Origin: Vermamoeba vermiformis
Taxonomy: Eukaryota
DNA length: 20,000 bases
Assembly: GCA_045837725.1 (NCBI GenBank)
Contig: JBEWZL010000030.1
Coordinates: 481,307-501,306 of the forward strand
Reading direction: 5' to 3'
Below the pieces are notes generated by a model. The model did no database searches, was not told where the DNA came from, and saw nothing but the letters and a program-made list of their open reading frames with translations. Shown piece after piece: positions 1 through 9,214 of this stretch. Within the stretch, counting starts at the first letter, position 1. Each line of letters starts with the position of its first letter. A program made the position numbers and the translations under genes.

Positions 1-1558
1 CATTCCAAAACAAGACCGAGTTCTCACAACAGAAATACATCAAGAAGAAGCAAGAGAAGTACGTACCACTTCGTGCCTTGACATAAATTACTCACGCGTT
101 AATCGTGCGCAGATATCTTCATTACATCGAAGTCTTGCCGCCAACAACACAGACACTCACGAAAGTTTACTTCACGAAAGCACCCTCGAAGATATGGTAA
201 GCCTCGTGCAAGTGTTAAATGCAATGTTCGTTGCGAAATTCGAAAGCAGCACGAAGGAGAGAAAGAGAAAAGAAGACAAGCAAGGACATCGCATGCGACC
301 GATCTGGGCAGGACGTTGAGTTTGCTCAGCGACGAATCAACGATCGCATCGGTGCCCGAGTTGGTCTAAGGGGTTGGATTAAGGCTCCAATATCTTCGGA
401 TGCAAGGGTTCGAATCCCTTCCGATGCAATACCTTTTTTATTTTTTTGACGAACCAAGCCCTTCTCTTTCTCTCCTTCCGTTTTTTGCCTCGGTGCTGCG
501 ATTGACTAATCCCTTTTTAGTTTCTTGCGCTTAGATTCCGTGAGTTACCTGCTTTCCATGGCTGAAATCCGATCCAAAAACCAGATTCTCGTTGTAGAGG
601 ATGCTATGGGTCTTATTGTTGGCTCAGCGGCTCAACGATTGAACGGTAAGTAGAGCTACATTTCCAATTTTCAATCGCTAAGCGGAGAGCTCAGGTCAAG
701 GACGGATCATCAACTGTTTCCTCGGCCAATCGCCAAACACTCCTATTGCCAGTATGTTTAATTTGAGCAAAGAACATGCGAACGTCATCGAGCACATTTC
801 TTTCAAACGCGTACACGAGCTCGCTTTTGGAGATCAAGCGGCTCCCGTCGAGATCAAGGAAGAAGAGCCCGAGGTGAAGATCGAAGATATGCAAGTAGAA
901 AAGAACCCAGAAGAAGAAGAGAATATCGATATTGAAGAGCCACATGAAGTGCAAGGTAAGTTTTATGCGTCGTGGGAAACGTTTCCCTTTTATGGTAAGA
1001 TCTAACCCTCGTTTGACAGAAGGTCAAGAAAAGAACAACACCGCAACCCGAGAAAGCAAACAAAAGGAGACTGAAGAACATTTGTTCGAAGGAGCTGACT
1101 CCCTGATTATTGCTACAACACGCGTTGACGTAAAATCATTGCTTCAAGCCACGTACCCTTTCTTAGTACCAGGCCAACCGTTCAGCATATATTCACCGTA
1201 TATTGAAGTACGCTATCGTTGCCTCTTATAATCAATACTAATCGATATTATCTAGCCTCTTGCCGTCTGTCACCAATGGCTGAAAGAGTCCGATACCGCG
1301 TTGAACGTAACGTTAGGCGAAACATTTTACAGAGAATACCAGGTACGTCATATTATCTTATTATATGTATTATGCGTTCAAGGACTGGAATAATTAAGTA
1401 AACAGGTATTGCCGCAACGCACGCATCCTTTAATGCGAATTCCCGCGACTGGAGGCTATGTTCTTACGGGCACTAAGATAATTAATAATCCGCCACCAGC
1501 TGCGAATACAAACGAAGCCGCATCGTCGGAGCCTAAGCAAAAGAAACAAAAAGTCTGA
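1..1558 (+). CDS. TRM6: tRNA (adenine(58)-N1)-methyltransferase non-catalytic subunit TRM6/Gcd10, 5'-partial, spliced. Exons: <1-58, 113-196, 521-645, 695-955, 1020-1207, 1256-1342, 1406-1558
   Basis: The spliced frame gives KTEFSQQKYIKKKQEKY...LRLDSVSYLLSMAEI...ILVVEDAMGLIVGSAAQRLNG...LVPGQPFSIYSPYIEPL...FYREYQVLPQRTHPLM..TGGYVLTG, motifs I recognise from Gcd10/TRM6. All six introns are GT-AG and phase-consistent. Stop TGA at 1556-1558. Confidence 0.92.
346..428 (+). tRNA. tRNA-Leu, anticodon AAG, inside a TRM6 intron
   Basis: Acceptor stem GCATCGG(346-352)/CCGATGC(421-427), discriminator A428. D-arm contains AGTTGGTCTAAG. Anticodon stem TTGGA/TCCAA with loop TT-AAG-GC (AAG at 381-383). Long variable arm ATC-TTCG-GAT. 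T-arm AAGGG-TTCGAAT-CCCTT. Confidence 0.96.
434..447 (+). terminator. RNA polymerase III T-run terminator of the tRNA gene
   Basis: TTTTTTATTTTTTT begins a few nt after the tRNA 3' end. Confidence 0.8.
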
Positions 1559-1773
1559 ACGTAACAATAAACTCCACTACTCGAATTGAATTCCATTGAC
1601 GCTATTTTTGTTTCATTTCAAACCAAAACTTTATTTGGTTCGATTTTTATTAAAATACACAGAGGGAAACAAGTTACATTATAATAATAACTTTTGTTTT
1701 CGTATTTACAAGGGGGGATAATGACAAATAATAACACAAAAAAAATACACCGGTTAGTTTTGTTTTTCGCTAT

Positions 1774-3353
1774 CTACAATCGTTGAGTTGGGTTATCTTG
1801 CGAGGGATTTAAATCTTCTTGCTTCTTCCGTAGCATAGTCGCCATGTGCTAAACAAAAGTATAAATATCAGTACCATCATTCACTTAACATATGACGGCT
1901 AGTTAAAATATACAGCCGTCATGTCAATAATGCCTGCAACGATTAAATATTGCAAGCGAATTACATTTCAATTGAATCGGACGTAAATCGTAATGATTTT
2001 CGAGTATAATATCGTCCTTATAAAGTAATTACGAGTACTAATAAGAAACTTACAGTCGCCCAATCACTAAAATTCGGGAACCGATCCCGCTTTGTTTCTT
2101 GCGGCTTATCAGGACCAAGTTGAGCCGTATTATTGATAAATGTCTCTGGTGCAAATCTTATCGTCGTCGTATGATTTGTATCAATATCTAAATGATTCGC
2201 TTCCTCTTTCTAAAATTAGATCGGTTAGTATCTTACGTACGGGACAGAAACTAAAATAACACCTATTTACGCGTAATAATGGCGCATGTAACGATGATAT
2301 CATCGCGCAAAGCTATTTCTCGCATTCAACGCGATAAATCATCGAGCTGAATTTCAGATTGAAGAAAGTGACCAAAAAAATTTTATAAATTTACACGAGC
2401 CGGCATTATTTCATATATGCGTTGTCGGTCACGATTATTCGTTAATTTTATAAAGATTTCAAAAAACGGATTTTTTTTTAGCTTACCGGTTCAAGATCGG
2501 GCGGTGTCGTGGAACTCGATATTGAAGCTGAATGATTGTTCGGGGTAGCTGGCTGCGATAGTGACCTCACTGATTTGATATACCTGAATGGTGATACAAA
2601 ATCTTTGTTGTCGGCAAACTCCCGTTCCTTCTGTAGAAAGAAGTCGAACAAATCCACTTCGTCCAAGTCTTGATTCCGCAATGCCAAGGAGGTGAAATGC
2701 TTCCTGCTCGATGGAGGGGTCGCTGAAGATTCTAAACCATCGTCATCCGTCTTTTTGATCGCCGAAAGCTTTAATGAGACAATCTCGGTCCGTTTACGTG
2801 CGCTTGAAACTTCAGGAATGGCTACTGGTGATGTCATTGATGCTGTATTAATGGGTGGGATCATATTGGGCTTGACGGGACTCGAGCTGAGGGACGTTTT
2901 TGTTTGTGCTGCAACTTTCTGCGGCGTTGAGCTCGATCGTCGCCTGGATGCCGCATCGACCTTGGTGACAGCTGCAGGGACAGCAGTGCCACAATTAGGT
3001 ACGTGTGCGCCATTTACGGGGGACCCGCCTGCGGTATTGGCTGGGACCGCCGCTAAATTGCCATTATTATTCAGACCATTGATTATTTCTTCGTTGCTGC
3101 CGGGTCCTATGCTGACTCTTAATTTTCTATCTGTGTCTTTTTTACGTGGTGAATTTGATGATACGTTTGCACGAGCGCTGCGTGGGCTCGTGGATGGATT
3201 ATTTTTCCTACTATCAGAGCCGTTTGTTTTGGCTAAATTCAACGGTGTAATTTGGACTACACTAATTCTCTTTTTCGTGCTGCGGGGCGATTTTGTTGAT
3301 TCTGAACCATCGAGGGAGGTTTCCAAATCGTTATCTCTCGATGTTGAGCTCAT
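1774..3353 (-). CDS. Uncharacterised Ser/Pro/Thr-rich, largely disordered protein of ~379 aa. Proposed exons: 3353-2487, 2312-2271, 2209-2054, 1848-1774
   Basis: The 291-aa ORF ends at a GTAAGC donor. Three further phase-0 exons with GT-AG boundaries extend it to a TAG stop. It has many SP/SPR motifs and no domain I recognise. Confidence 0.7.
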
Positions 3354-3619
3354 ATCTGGCCAAAACTGTTTAATTGCGCTGTATTAGTGCTCCTCCATTC
3401 TATTTAACCGATGTTCTATTGACCAAAGATCGAAATATGTTCGTTATCCAAACAAAATCAACAACCTAACTGCGGAGATACAATCTTTTTTGTATGGCGA
3501 ATAAAATTGATAAAAATTTCACGTGCTGCACTGTCTCACGCTAGCTTGTTTGGAGCTCTTTTTCCAATTTATTGTTTGCGTACTACCTCACTTGTATTAT
3601 TTATTTATTTCCCTAGCTA

Positions 3620-4460
3620 ATGGCTGAAACTCCTGCCTCATTATTATTAAAAAAGCAGCTCCGAGGTAAATTACCCGCATAATTACGGAAATATCAGAAA
3701 AACGCAATTCTCGCATATTCATTATTAATATGGTACCTGCCTTGCAAATTTCTAATCACGCAAATTGACAGATTTGAGCAAGAACCCAGTCGAAGGTATT
3801 TCTGCTGGACTTGTTGACGAGTCGAATGTATTTGAGTGGCAAGTCTGCATTGTCGGCCCTACTGATACATTATAGTAAGTAAAGCAAATTTATGCTGATT
3901 TTTTGAATTTTTTTTTCCTTTATTGCAAGATTGACTGAAAAATATTTCCATAGTGAGGGAGGAGTCTTCAACGCAATTCTCAAGTTTCCCGAAGAATATC
4001 CTAACATGCCTCCGAAGATGAGATTCACTACGAAGCTCTATCATCCAAACAGTAAGGGCACGAGACGGATGCGATCGGATTCATTTTTTAATTTTTTCTC
4101 TTAAGTCTATCAAACTGGTGAGGTCTGTATTTCTATATTACACCCTCCTGGTGAGGACAAGTGGGGTTATGAGCGTCCGGAGGAGAGATGGCTTCCTGTA
4201 CACAGTCCCGAGACTATTTTACTGAGTGTCATTTCTATGCTGTCGGATCCAAACGACCAATCACCTGCCAACCTTGAAGCTGCTGTAAGTAACGCATAGA
4301 TATATTTTTTAAAATTAATGCAATCGAATACACTTTAATTTTCGATTGTTTTTTGCTGATGCGATTTTCTTTGATATTACAGAAAGATTGGCGAGAGAAC
4401 CAAGCACTGTTTAAGAAGAAGGTTCGACAGTGCGTCCTTCGCTCTCAAGAAGAAATGTAA
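3620..4460 (+). CDS. UBC7: Ubiquitin-conjugating enzyme E2, UBC7/UBE2G1 family (5 exons)
   Basis: Spliced product [40 protein letters not shown]...[10 protein letters not shown]...[37 protein letters not shown]...[19 protein letters not shown]. It has the HPN motif, the catalytic Cys and the acidic insertion typical of the Ubc7/Cdc34 class. Confidence 0.96.
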
Positions 4461-4739
4461 ATTTAGGTACCTCTTCAGTACACGTTCCGTAAAAACTCTT
4501 TGTAAATAGTCTCGATCTGATGGTTTGGTTGTCGAACACTTTAAAAGTTAACAGAGCGTTGATTCAGCCAATATTAGGTCAAATAAATAATAACGTTCAT
4601 CGTTATCGTCAATAGACAGTTTTAGGGTCGATCTGCCTCTTGGGGCAACTCGCGCACGCATCCAGTGTACCGCGCTCGTACCGGCAAACAATCCGCTGCG
4701 TATGATCCGGTCTCCACTGGCTCATCGCTGAAGCAACGC

Positions 4740-5012
4740 GTATCCCAACACTAGCTCGAACTTTTGGTTTGGAGCCACCGGCGGTCCATCGCTTCCTCAA
4801 AGCAATATTGGCATGAATGCAACGCAAATCCGTTCAATGGCCCGCAAGCCCCTCAGCCGCAACAAGCGCAACTTAAGCCTCAAATGCCACCGGGCATACC
4901 ACCCAAGCCACCTTCATTCTCATTTGGCATTACAACTCCACCGACTACTGCGCCCACTCCCGCTTAACTAGCAGTAGCTCTACTGCTGGCTTTGGATTTG
5001 GTACTTCAACAT
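4740..5012 (+). pseudogene. Frameshifted low-complexity fragment with FG motifs, resembling an FG-nucleoporin remnant
   Basis: Pieces in different frames: PNTSSNFWFGATGGPSLPQSN / ANPFNGPQAPQPQQ...PPSFSFGITTPPTTAPTPA* / TSSSSTAGFGFGTST. There is no start codon context and at least two frame breaks. Confidence 0.35.
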
Positions 5013-5045
5013 GTATTTTATACTTTATTCGTTAACAATTCTCTC

Positions 5046-6595
5046 CTACAATGCAGTCGCAATAAGAGCAGTAAAAATAGCTGTCAATGAACGGATTGTG
5101 CGTGACGATCCAGAGACATTGTTGCCAGACTTTGCGACAGGCACAGCAACTGATTTTGGAACGCTAGTTGGCTCTGTGATTGACCCCTGTGGTGCATCAG
5201 AAGGTGTGTTCGTTAATGGACAAGTGACCGTGGCATTGCAAGAGGCCAGCTTTACGCCAAATCTGGAAAAGTCGAATGAAACCTCCAAGCCTTGTCTGCT
5301 GAATGACGCTTGAGAGACGACCGGTTGAATTCCGCAGCCAGGGTTGTGGATCGTGTAGAGCTCTTCCATTACAAAACTTCGCAAATCAGCGCACGACGTG
5401 AGTTGTTGATTGACGCACGTGACGTCAATGGGATCGCCGTAGCAGAAAGGCACTGGAGTAAAGCCGCACATGGCCTCAGATGTGCCAGGACCGGAAAAAA
5501 TGCAATTCCAAACGAGAATCTCTTGATCGGTTTTGACCAAGTCAGCACCCCATATTCGGTCTCTGACTTCTTGTTGAATTAGCGCTGCAATTTTCCATTG
5601 TTTATCAGCACCTCGTTCAAGTGAAACAACACTTCCAACTCCGCGCAAGTCTGGGGCATTAGCGGAGTTGTCGAAGATAGCGGCCAGCAACACTTTTGTC
5701 TCGGAGACCATCACCATATTAATGCCGAGTGCTCCACTAGGTTGGATAAAACCTTTGCCGGAAGTCTCTAGTGTAACGTTCCAAGTGTTCTCGTTCTTGA
5801 CGTAGACTCGGATCATGGTGTCATAACCTTCGACTTGCGCGTAAAACGAATAGCCCATAACAATTGAATCGTTGATCCATAAAAGTCTGATTGGTTGTAA
5901 CAGATCGCCATCGTTCAGTATTTGAACTCTTTCACGCTCCGTCCAAGTGTAGTTATCGTTGCGCTGCATCAATACGATGACGTTGACGCTAAGATAAGCC
6001 AAATAAGGGCCCGTTACGTGCATTGGAATGCCAAGGGGAATAACATTTGTAGCGGTAATTGTTGTCTCGTCAACAACGTCCCAGGTGTCACCGTTGTTGA
6101 CACGTGTCACAAGGGAAGTGGTGTTCATGGCAACAAAAGTGTTGTCGGGTAAGAATTGAATCCTATAATAGACTTCAGGATACTTTATCATTGTTCCAAT
6201 GCCGGATGTAGCCTCGTTGAACGTGAAGAGTTGAAGTTCGGAATTTGTGGCACACGCAAACCAAACTCCATTAGTAGCGACAATGGCACAAGCTTGTGAA
6301 GTGAACCAACGAGTGTAGAATAGTCCAGAAGATTCGCTTCGTTTCAAGATCCGGAGTTGAACTGAAGTCGACAAGATCGTGTAATTGCCAGCCGAAGAGG
6401 CTGGTAGATAACCAGCTTGGGGAAAATTTATGGCTTGAGTTGGACCTCCAGGAATTTTAAATATCTTAAATCAAATATTTGATTAATTTTGAATTCGCAA
6501 CGACGAGCATTTCTTACCGGCAGATCTGCTGCACAGGCACTAAGAAGGCAACCCAATAACAAGAAAAGAATTGGCTTCGCAATACATCTGTTCAT
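5046..6595 (-). CDS. Secreted or cell-surface protein, 498 aa: signal peptide, beta-rich (propeller-like) body, Cys-containing C-terminal domain, S/T/P stalk and GPI-type hydrophobic tail. Exons: 6595-6518, 6464-5046
   Basis: Exon 1 encodes MNRCIAKPILFLLLGCLLSACAADLP (signal peptide). A 53-nt GT-AG intron (6517-6465) joins it in frame to the 442-aa ORF. The C-terminus SGSSRTIRSLTAIFTALIATAL* has no cytosolic tail. Confidence 0.85.
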
Positions 6596-7750
6596 CTCTG
6601 CTGCTGTTGTGGTCTTCGTATAACTTCTGATATAAATAATTCTTTAAATAGTCATAAAGTTGTAAAGTGAAAGATATCGTTGACTTTGCGGCACTTATTC
6701 TCGTTTTGAATATATTTTTAGATGGCCTAGGCATCGTTAGTGATATCCACTGTCTGTCGGTTTACTGATCCGACCTTGCGAAGTATTCAAAACATCAATG
6801 GTGTAGACTTTGACTGTGCCTTGTCGGCGATCTGAAATAGTAAATGTGTTAATCAAAATTACTTGTTAGAGAGGCAATCCTAACGTACTAAGTCGATTCT
6901 TGCTCCGATCCGTTCGACGACCACTAGAGTAAATGTAAGGCGTTTTTTGCCGTTTTTTTGCTCAAACGTTTTTCAAATAGCTGGCGACGAAAACGGCAAA
7001 AACGGGAACAGGCGATTTTGGCGACTTGCAACGGATGTGGTGACACATCACGAGAGAAGATAGAGATGGCGCTTCAAAGGTAAGATGGACTATTATAGTA
7101 CTATTCGTTTTAATATTAAACTCAAAAGTTTTAAAAAAAGTCGGATTTTCAATCCTGACACGGGATCGAGATCTGGGCTTGATGAATTTTTTTAATTATT
7201 TTAGTAATAAATATCGAAATCGCTATCATAGATTGTATTAAATTTATTAACGAAATGTTAAAAATCGATAAAAATTTTGAATGCTTGTACATCCGCGATC
7301 TTACTTAGACACTTCATTTTGATTATTAAATTGCTTTGGAACGAAGATTCGTTAATATTTAACACAAAATTAATTACTGTGGACAGAATCTTTTGGCTTG
7401 GATTCGTTGCCCGATCTGAACAACTTGCGATCTCGCTTCGGTAAGTAACTATAGAAATGAATTTGATTTTCAACGTCACAAATAATAAGATTATATAAAA
7501 TTCCCGTACTATAGTAGTAGTTTTTTACCCTGCTACGCAGCGTAAGCTGAGATCCCGTTTTAAAAAAAGTTTGCCGGCAATCTTTAGCTTAGATTTACAA
7601 ATTGAAACGTTCCATTTAGAAATAACAGATATTATCGAAGTTTATTAATGATTACAGCAAAAGCAAGCAAAGTTAATGAATTCAATCCGGGATCATTAGC
7701 ACTTTGGCTACTCAGTAAAACTCTCGTACTAAAACAGCCTTATCATACAG

Positions 7751-8608
7751 ATGAATATTAGATGCAGTGGTGTTTGTTCATACCTTCGTTTGAGACGAGT
7801 CGGTCGACTGTTCAAGCATAAATTTTGTGCGGGCTCAATTCTCAATGTGCAGCAAAATGAGTACAACGAACAACAACATGTAAGTAACTCTGCATTACAT
7901 TGGATATTTATACGTGTATAATATTATTAACCAGGCTTACCAGGTCAAGAACTGCTAATTTCAAGCTTCAATCTCGATGGGACGACGTCGGTCAGTTGAA
8001 ACGCAGCTGGATTGCACTTAACACGCCAATGGTATGATATTTACTATGTATGCATTAAATTATAAGCAATGAGTCAAATTCATTCATTCGAATTACTTTT
8101 TGGTCGTTTGATCTTGCGATCGAGAAATTAAAATTTCAGTTAGTTAATTTTTACTAATTTTGCCAATAGTGCCAATAATATACTCAATGTAAACATCGGT
8201 TAGGATAATTTCCTCTAGCACAATGGTAAAGTTTTTTATTTGCAAATCTGCCGTTACTAATCCGTTGTTTTCAGTCCGTCCGAGTTAGCTAGCTAATGCC
8301 TTCGCTGACCCATTCCCTTGCTAGAGCAGAGTCCAACAACACATCCGACCTTAAGGCCCTTCGCTCGATCCGCTTTTGGCGTTGAAGCATCGCGTAAGTG
8401 TCTGTTTTGTATTTACCCTATAACAACCACTTTATTAATAATTCCTTTTAGATCATCAAGTCACAGCGACATCCAGCCAAGATCGGCGAAGTAGTGGATC
8501 TTCGGGTTAGGACTTTGTGCGTGCAGTTACACCTTCAACTTAGCCGCACACAAAGTCCTAACCCGAAGGTCCACTACTTTGCCGAAGTCATTTTGTAAAA
8601 CGAATAAA
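7751..8608 (+). ncRNA. Spliced, ORF-poor transcript inside the CACTA-ended element (candidate pri-miRNA or lncRNA)
   Basis: GT-AG introns of typical size at 7880-7934, 8032-8169, 8226-8274 and 8394-8451; branch-like CTAAT motifs are visible in the middle two. The best spliced ORFs are only about 40-50 aa. AATAAA at 8603-8608. Confidence 0.5.
8483..8585 (+). ncRNA. 37-bp near-perfect hairpin, pre-miRNA/hpRNA-like
   Basis: 8483-8519 TCGGCGAAGTAGTGGATCTTCGGGTTAGGACTTTGTG pairs with 8549-8585 CACAAAGTCCTAACCCGAAGGTCCACTACTTTGCCGA. Both non-Watson-Crick positions are G-U pairs on the + strand. The 29-nt loop region is partly pairable. Confidence 0.7.
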
Positions 8609-8920
8609 ACTGTACTTACCGAAAACGGCGTTTTTTCTCTTTCGCGTTTTCTCCTGTTCAAAAATCGCTGCTGAGTGAAACTGTTTGTGGTCAAAAACGG
8701 TGTTTTTACCCCCTTTTACCTTTCCTCTAGTGGTACAGCGGAGTAGATCTCGTGACAATACGACCGACTTAGGAGAAAACTACTCTACAAATTATGCAAG
8801 ACTACTTCTACTCCATTAATTTACTTAGCCCTGAAATCCATAAATGTTGATTAACTAAACACTGGTATATTATTTTTTGCTGTTTTACATCCGAACCGAA
8901 GAAATAGTGCAAAATTATCT

Positions 8921-9100
8921 GTTTTGCAAGTCACCGTCGCATTACACGCTGCCATCTGCACGCCAAATCTGCTGAATTCCTGCGACACTTGCAGTCCCGA
9001 GAAGTCTGCAGTCGTTTTTAACAGTAAAGAGCTCTTCATCAATCTTAAAGCTACTAACGCTCGTGCACGAAGCAAGCTGCTGATCGAGGAACGTGACGCT
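8921..9100 (-). pseudogene. Truncated, frameshifted paralog fragment of the surface-protein gene at 5046-6595
   Basis: SVTFLDQQLASCTSVSSFKIDEELFTVKN aligns with DVTCVNQQLTSCADLRSFVMEELYTIHN. After a deletion and frameshift, GLQVSQEFSRFGVQMAACNATVTC aligns with GLEVSFDFSRFGVKLASCNATVTC. Confidence 0.8.
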
Positions 9101-9214
9101 AGTAACCTAACGTGCCTGGAGAACGTGGACTGCCCTCAAGAGAGGCAGAGTTAACCCTCAATCCATTGCATTAACGAGCTAATGAGAGTATTTATAATTA
9201 TTTACAATGATGTA

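Larger units (their letters stand above)
246..499 (+). repeat. Inverted repeats bracketing the intronic tRNA
   Basis: GAAGGAGAGAAAGAGAA (253-269) is the exact reverse complement of TTCTCTTTCTCTCCTTC (462-478). GCAGCAC (246-252) is the reverse complement of GTGCTGC (493-499). Confidence 0.85.
6920..8734. mobile_element. Putative non-autonomous TIR DNA transposon with CACTA termini (CACTA/En-Spm-like), ~1.8 kb
   Basis: Left end ACCACTAGAGTAAATGTAA (6920-6938) matches the reverse complement of the right end, ACCACTAGAGGAAAGGTAA (8716-8734), at 17/19. Weaker inverted similarity continues inward for ~60 nt. AAAACGG/CCGTTTT subterminal motifs cluster at both ends. No transposase and no clean TSD. 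Confidence 0.6.

Noticed and set aside
219-449. 76-aa + strand ORF
   Set aside because: It lies within a TRM6 intron and reads through the tRNA gene; spurious.
2692-3387. 231-aa + strand ORF
   Set aside because: Antisense shadow of the Ser-rich minus-strand gene, which has the ATG start and splice signals.
5011-6152. Several + strand ORFs of 76-100 aa
   Set aside because: Antisense shadows of the surface-protein gene.
7089-7518. 13-nt imperfect inverted repeat ACTATTATAGTAC / GTACTATAGTAGT as a possible nested MITE
   Set aside because: It is AT-rich and quasi-palindromic with no TSD, and a similar motif occurs at ~12410 within MED12; support is insufficient.
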